Source: an uncultured Rhodospirillaceae bacterium (lineage in GTDB: Bacteria; Pseudomonadota; Alphaproteobacteria; UBA8366; GCA-2717185). Taken from it: a stretch of 49,688 nt of DNA. The first letter of the stretch is position 1. Every line of letters begins with the position of its first letter. The stretch lies in assembly GCA_913044215.1 (NCBI GenBank), contig CAJWOT010000002.1:1-49688 (forward strand). The letters are read 5' to 3'. Positions 45,282 through 49,688 of this stretch are shown piece after piece. The notes under the pieces are model-generated. The model searched no databases and was not told the DNA's origin. It saw only the letters and a list, made by a program, of their open reading frames with translations. The translations under genes and the position numbers were made by a program.

Positions 45282-46352
45282 ATGGTCGAAATCTGGACAC
45301 ACGCTGTCGCCTCGCCGCGCGGCGTGATGAAGACCGCAATCGATTTGGAGAAGAACGGCTGGGACGGGCTCTGTGTCGTCGATTCGCAGAACCTGTCCGG
45401 CGATCCGTTCGTTGCGCTGGCGATGGCGGCGACGGTCACGGAGCGGATCGGGCTCGGCACCGGGGTCTCGAACTCCGTCACGCGCATCGCCGCCTCGATG
45501 GCGAGCGCCGTTCTCAGCGTTGACCGCATCTCGAACGGCCGCGCCCTGATCGGGCTCGGCCGCGGGGACTCCGCGCTCGCCCATATCGGCCGGGCGCCGG
45601 CGCGCATGAAGCAGTTCGAGACCTATCTGCGGCATCTGCAGGCCTATCTGCGCGGCGAGGCGGTGCCCTTCGACGAAATCGAGATGCCGGACGATGTGGC
45701 GCCCGCGGTCAGTCATCTCGGCCTCGCCGACGAGCCGGAGGAGAGCCGGATCACCTGGCTGTCCGGCGGCGAGCGCAAAGTACCCGTCGAGGTTGCGGCC
45801 AGCGGCCCGCTCGCGATCAAAGTCGCTGCCCGCCAAGCGGATCGCATCATGTTCACCCTGGGCGCGGATGCGGACCGCATCGCCTGGGGTATCGAGCTGG
45901 CCAAGCAGGCGCGCCGCGATGCGGGCCTCGACCCGGACGGCATCGCCTTCGGCGCCTATATCAACTGCGTGCCGGGTGACGATCTGGACCGGGCGCGCGA
46001 CCTGGCGCGCGGCGGCCTCGCCACCTTCGCCCGCTTCTCGGTCATGCATGGCAAGCCGAACGGCCCGATGTCGCCGGAGGCGGCGCAGGCCCTGCAGAGC
46101 CTGTACGACACCTATGACATGAACAAACACACGCAAGACGACTCGCGGCAGGCGGCGGGCTTGCCAGCGGACTTCATCGACCATTTCGGCGTCGTCGGGC
46201 CGCCCGACCGCTGTATCGAGAAGCTGAAAACCCTGACAGCCCTCGGCCTCGACAAACTGTTCTTTGGCGTCATGTTCCGGTTGGTGCAGACGCCGGAAGG
46301 CCGCACCGCGAAGGCGTTGATGGAAAAAGAAATTCTGCCCGCCCTAAGGTAG
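45282..46352 (+). CDS. LLM-class (luciferase-like) flavin/F420-dependent oxidoreductase
   Basis: The ATG at 45282 lies 2 nt after the SDR stop. WDGLCVVDSQNLSGDPFVALAMAAT...RIGLGTGVSN...GRALIGLGRGDS is the TIM-barrel LLM pattern. The 626-aa track ORF (44472-46352) is this gene plus upstream out-of-frame read-through. Confidence 0.8.
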   Translation: MVEIWTHAVASPRGVMKTAIDLEKNGWDGLCVVDSQNLSGDPFVALAMAATVTERIGLGTGVSNSVTRIAASMASAVLSVDRISNGRALIGLGRGDSALAHIGRAPARMKQFETYLRHLQAYLRGEAVPFDEIEMPDDVAPAVSHLGLADEPEESRITWLSGGERKVPVEVAASGPLAIKVAARQADRIMFTLGADADRIAWGIELAKQARRDAGLDPDGIAFGAYINCVPGDDLDRARDLARGGLATFARFSVMHGKPNGPMSPEAAQALQSLYDTYDMNKHTQDDSRQAAGLPADFIDHFGVVGPPDRCIEKLKTLTALGLDKLFFGVMFRLVQTPEGRTAKALMEKEILPALR

Positions 46353-46433
46353 CGGGCCTCCGAGAGGCTTGTGGGCGCGGTACAAGGACGCCTATTTTCA
46401 ACAAAAGCTATCGCGACCGAAGGAAGATTCGAC

Positions 46434-47963
46434 ATGGCCGAACAAGCAGCCCAGGCGGAAATCGCACCGGCGATGGAGCATTTCGACGTCCTGATCGTCG
46501 GCGCCGGGATATCCGGGGTCGCAGGCGCCTATCATCTGCGCGAGAAATGTTTGGATACGAGCTTCGTCATCCTCGAATCGGAAGAAAGTTTCGGCGGCAC
46601 CTGGTGGACGCACCGCTCGCCCGGCATCCGCTCCGACAGCGACCTGCACACCTTCGGCTACGGCTTCAAGCCCTGGGTCGGCCCGCCCATCGCCACGGCG
46701 GAGGAGATCCTGTCCTACATGGGAGAGGTGATCGAGGAGAACGATCTGGCGCAGCACATCCGCTACCGCCACAAGATTCTGAAAGCCGATTGGTCGGAAA
46801 AGGACAGCCGCTGGACCGTCGAGGCCGTACGGCTCGATACGGATGAGACGGTCCGGATCAGCGCCGACTTCCTGTGGATGTGCCAGGGTTACTACCGCCA
46901 CAATGAGGGCTATACGCCCGACTGGGACGGCATGACCGACTTCAAGGGCCGCATCGCGCACCCGGAGAATTGGCCGGACGATATCGATTATGCCGGCAAG
47001 AAGGTCGTGGTCATCGGTTCCGGCGCGACGGCAGCGACGGTCGTCCCGGCGATGGCGCAGACCGCCGCGCACGTCACCATGCTGCAACGCACGCCGACCT
47101 TCTTCCGCACCGGCCGCAACGCCATCGAGATCGCCGAGCAGCTGCGCAGCTTGCGCATCGACGAAAGCTGGGTGCACGAGATCACGCGCCGGCAGATCAT
47201 GTCCGACCAGTCCGCCTTCACCCAGCGCTGCATGACGGATTCGCAGGCGGTCGCGGACGAGCTGATCGGCAATATCCGCAACCTTCTGGGTTCCGACTTC
47301 GACGTGGACACGCACTTCACGCCGCCTTACCGGCCCTGGCGGCAGCGCATCGCCTTCGTCCCCGACGCGGATATGTTCAAGGCGATCGCGGCGGGCAAGG
47401 CGTCGGTCGTGACCGACCATATCGACCGCTTCACCGAGACCGGCATCAAGCTGCAATCGGGCGAGGAGCTGGAGGCCGACATCATCGTCACCGCAACTGG
47501 CTTCAACATGAACGTTATGGGCGACATCGCGTTCGCCATCGACGGTAAACCGCTCGATTGGCACGATACCGTGACCTATCGCGGCATGATGTTCACCAGC
47601 GTGCCGAACCTGGCCTGGGTGTTCGGCTATTTCCGCGGCAGCTGGACCGTGCGCAGCGAACTGATCGCCGAATTCGTCTGCCGCCTACTTAACCACATGC
47701 GCGAAACGGGCGCGAAAACGGTACAACCGGCGCTGCGGGCCGAAGACGCGGATATGAAGCTGTTCGACTGGATGGACGAGGAAGACTTCAACCCGAACTA
47801 TCTGAAACGCGCCGTGTCCATCCTGCCGCGGCGGGGTGACAAGCGGGAATGGCGGCACACCCAGGATCACTGGAACGAGAAGAAGGAATTTCCCGCCATC
47901 GATCTGGACGGCGAGGAGTTCGTCTATCGCTCCGGCACGCGGTCGGATCTGGCCGCCGAATAA
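46434..47963 (+). CDS. Type I Baeyer-Villiger / flavin-containing monooxygenase (EthA-like)
   Basis: The FAD Rossmann motif is VLIVGAGISG, with FGGTW. The BVMO fingerprint is FKGRIAHPENWP, and the NADP Rossmann motif is VVVIGSGATA. The ATG is at 46434. Confidence 0.88.
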   Translation: MAEQAAQAEIAPAMEHFDVLIVGAGISGVAGAYHLREKCLDTSFVILESEESFGGTWWTHRSPGIRSDSDLHTFGYGFKPWVGPPIATAEEILSYMGEVIEENDLAQHIRYRHKILKADWSEKDSRWTVEAVRLDTDETVRISADFLWMCQGYYRHNEGYTPDWDGMTDFKGRIAHPENWPDDIDYAGKKVVVIGSGATAATVVPAMAQTAAHVTMLQRTPTFFRTGRNAIEIAEQLRSLRIDESWVHEITRRQIMSDQSAFTQRCMTDSQAVADELIGNIRNLLGSDFDVDTHFTPPYRPWRQRIAFVPDADMFKAIAAGKASVVTDHIDRFTETGIKLQSGEELEADIIVTATGFNMNVMGDIAFAIDGKPLDWHDTVTYRGMMFTSVPNLAWVFGYFRGSWTVRSELIAEFVCRLLNHMRETGAKTVQPALRAEDADMKLFDWMDEEDFNPNYLKRAVSILPRRGDKREWRHTQDHWNEKKEFPAIDLDGEEFVYRSGTRSDLAAE

Positions 47964-48002
47964 CCGACACGCGTCGTCGAAGACGCGGGAGGGATCGACC
48001 GC

Positions 48003-49202
48003 ATGATCTCAGGATACGAGCCGCCGGCCTTGCCCGAGACGCACTATCTCGACAACCGGATCTTCACCGACGCGACGATCTTCGCGCAGGAGCAGAAGGA
48101 CATCTACGAGCGGGTCTGGCTGTTCATCTGCCATGAAAGCGAGCTCACCGCGCCGGGCGATTTCCGCACCGCGTCGGTCGCCGGCAAGCCGGTCGTGCTG
48201 GTGCGTGGGACCGATGGCGTCATCCGCGCCTTCTACAATGTATGTCGGCATCGCGCCGCGCCGGTGGTGCGCGAGGAAGCCGGCAACGCCACCGAATTCC
48301 AGTGCTTCTACCATCTCTGGACCTACGGGCTCGACGGCGCCTGCACCGGCATCACCAAGCCCGGCGGCTACGATGCGGTGCAGCTCGACCGCAGCAAGCT
48401 GGGGCTGATCCCGGTGCGCTGCGACAGCATCGCAGGCCTGGTGTTTGTCTGTTTGAGCGAAGAGACGGAATCGCTCAAAGATTATATCGGTCCGATCATC
48501 GACTCGGTGCGCGAACCGCTCGGCACGGCGCCGCTTTCAGTGTTCCACTACAACAAGGCGGAGCTGGGCGCGAACTGGAAGCTGTGGCAGGACAACAACA
48601 GCGAGCGCTATCACAGCCTGCTGCATTTCATAAACCGCAAGACCCAGCCCTGGGTCATCGCCAAGACCAGCCCGATGAAGCTGCGGCTGTTCGACAACGG
48701 CCATAGCGGTTACTGGTCGGATGCCGACGCCACGGTGACCTACGAAGCGGGCGGCTACAAAGACGCCTCGGTCGGTACCCTGCCCGGCATGCGCGACAAC
48801 GAGATGCGGGTCATCAACATCTTCCCCGACCTGATGATCAACATCCGCGCCAATGTGGTGCGGCTCGACCGCATGGTGCCGCTCGCACCCGGAAAGACCC
48901 TGGTCGAATGGCGCGGCCTCGGCCTCACCGACGTGCCGGAAGCGGTCGAAAAGGACCGGCTGCGCCACCACAATATGTTCTGGGGACCGGCCGGGCGCAA
49001 TCTTGGCGAGGATGTCATCGCCGTCGAGGCGCAATGGGCCTCGATGGCGACCGACGTGGTGCGCTACAGCATCCTGGCCCGCGAGGAAGACCTCAACCCG
49101 ACCGACGATGCCAATGTTCGCGCCTATTACCAGGAGTGGGGCCGCCGCATGGGCCGCCCCCCGCACGCGCCGCTCAACAGCGGCGAAGCGCAAGCGCTGT
49201 GA
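48003..49202 (+). CDS. Rieske [2Fe-2S] non-heme iron oxygenase, alpha subunit
   Basis: The Rieske motif is CRHR...CFYHLW. The catalytic-domain segment is ANWKLWQDNNSERYHSLLH. The protein is 399 aa. Confidence 0.88.
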   Translation: MISGYEPPALPETHYLDNRIFTDATIFAQEQKDIYERVWLFICHESELTAPGDFRTASVAGKPVVLVRGTDGVIRAFYNVCRHRAAPVVREEAGNATEFQCFYHLWTYGLDGACTGITKPGGYDAVQLDRSKLGLIPVRCDSIAGLVFVCLSEETESLKDYIGPIIDSVREPLGTAPLSVFHYNKAELGANWKLWQDNNSERYHSLLHFINRKTQPWVIAKTSPMKLRLFDNGHSGYWSDADATVTYEAGGYKDASVGTLPGMRDNEMRVINIFPDLMINIRANVVRLDRMVPLAPGKTLVEWRGLGLTDVPEAVEKDRLRHHNMFWGPAGRNLGEDVIAVEAQWASMATDVVRYSILAREEDLNPTDDANVRAYYQEWGRRMGRPPHAPLNSGEAQAL

Positions 49203-49675
49203 GTGACGCGGCGGTAGCGGCACTGCTGGAACAGGTCGCGATCTTCGAGATGATCCGGACCACGGCGGCGCGGCTCGACGACGAGGACCTGGAGGGCTGG
49301 CTCGCCCTGTTCGCCCCCGAGTCCTGCTACGAAATCAAGACCTACGGTCCCGAGATCCGGGCCGACATGTCCTGGTGGAACTCCGACCGGGACGAACTTG
49401 AGAAGATCCTGGCGGAAGCGAAGCTGCATGTACGCGACCCGGGCAAGCGCTTGCATCTGGTTACGCCGATCTCTGTCGACCTGTCCGGCGACCGCGCGAC
49501 GGCCCTGTCCCACTTCGCCATCATGCGGACCGATCCCGACGGCAACAGCGCGGTCTACGCCGCCGGCCGCTACGAGGATACGTTCGTCAAACGGGAAGGG
49601 CGCTGGCTGTACGAAAAACACATCGCCGTGCTCGACACCCGCAAGATCGAACCGTTCACGCACCTACCGCTTTGA
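49199..49675 (+). CDS. Ring-hydroxylating oxygenase beta subunit (NTF2/SnoaL-like)
   Basis: The GTG at 49199 overlaps the alpha-subunit TGA (GTGA). LDDEDLEGWLALFAPESCYEI...GRYEDTFVKREGRWLYEKHIAVLD is the typical beta-subunit fold signature. Confidence 0.8.
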   Translation: MSDAAVAALLEQVAIFEMIRTTAARLDDEDLEGWLALFAPESCYEIKTYGPEIRADMSWWNSDRDELEKILAEAKLHVRDPGKRLHLVTPISVDLSGDRATALSHFAIMRTDPDGNSAVYAAGRYEDTFVKREGRWLYEKHIAVLDTRKIEPFTHLPL

Positions 49676-49688
49676 TCGTCCGGCCGCC

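Noticed and set aside
44472-46352. A 626-aa ORF that looks like a large fusion protein.
   Set aside because: The first roughly 270 codons are an out-of-frame read-through across the HIBADH and SDR genes, with Arg/Pro-rich nonsense. The real LLM oxidoreductase begins at the ATG at 45282, right after the SDR stop.

Overview
The window is 49.7 kb of high-GC, gene-dense bacterial chromosome. There are no rRNA or tRNA genes, CRISPR arrays, transposases or integrases. Gene order (ribF-ileS-lspA-DUF3035-M16-M16, argD-argF-hslO, tadA/rlu/rsmD, arfB with a small GIY-YIG gene) looks alphaproteobacterial. That is a guess from synteny and cannot be verified here.

About 1-27 kb is housekeeping. It contains mutL, pgi, a 1115-aa single-chain BC-BCCP-CT carboxylase, two M16 peptidases, ileS, ribF, and a zur/COG0523 zinc operon ending in a doubly disrupted HAD pseudogene. 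It also contains argD, argF, hslO and bolA.

The most unusual part is an accessory metabolic locus at about 27.5-40.8 kb. It holds:
- a GntR regulator divergent from a PhyH-type Fe/2OG dioxygenase, with a perfect palindrome between them
- a markedly lower-GC TRAP transporter operon ending in an orphan 62-aa ORF
- a bacterial homologue of plant SABATH carboxyl methyltransferases
- an operon with two tandem TauD/TfdA dioxygenase paralogues, a PimC-like acyl-CoA dehydrogenase and a CitE-like lyase
- a cobA (SUMT) gene translationally coupled to a UbiD-family decarboxylase, with no UbiX partner

I propose this as an uncharacterised uptake and modification system for a carboxylic acid. The substrate is unknown.

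Downstream lie a secreted protein with an alpha-CA-like His triad (possibly a delta-class carbonic anhydrase), two G/C-tract nested-palindrome repeat loci, and a second oxygenase cluster (HIBADH-like, SDR, LLM, BVMO, Rieske alpha/beta) that runs to the window end.

All calls rest on motif recognition in the supplied translations and on hand reading of the DNA. No searches were run.
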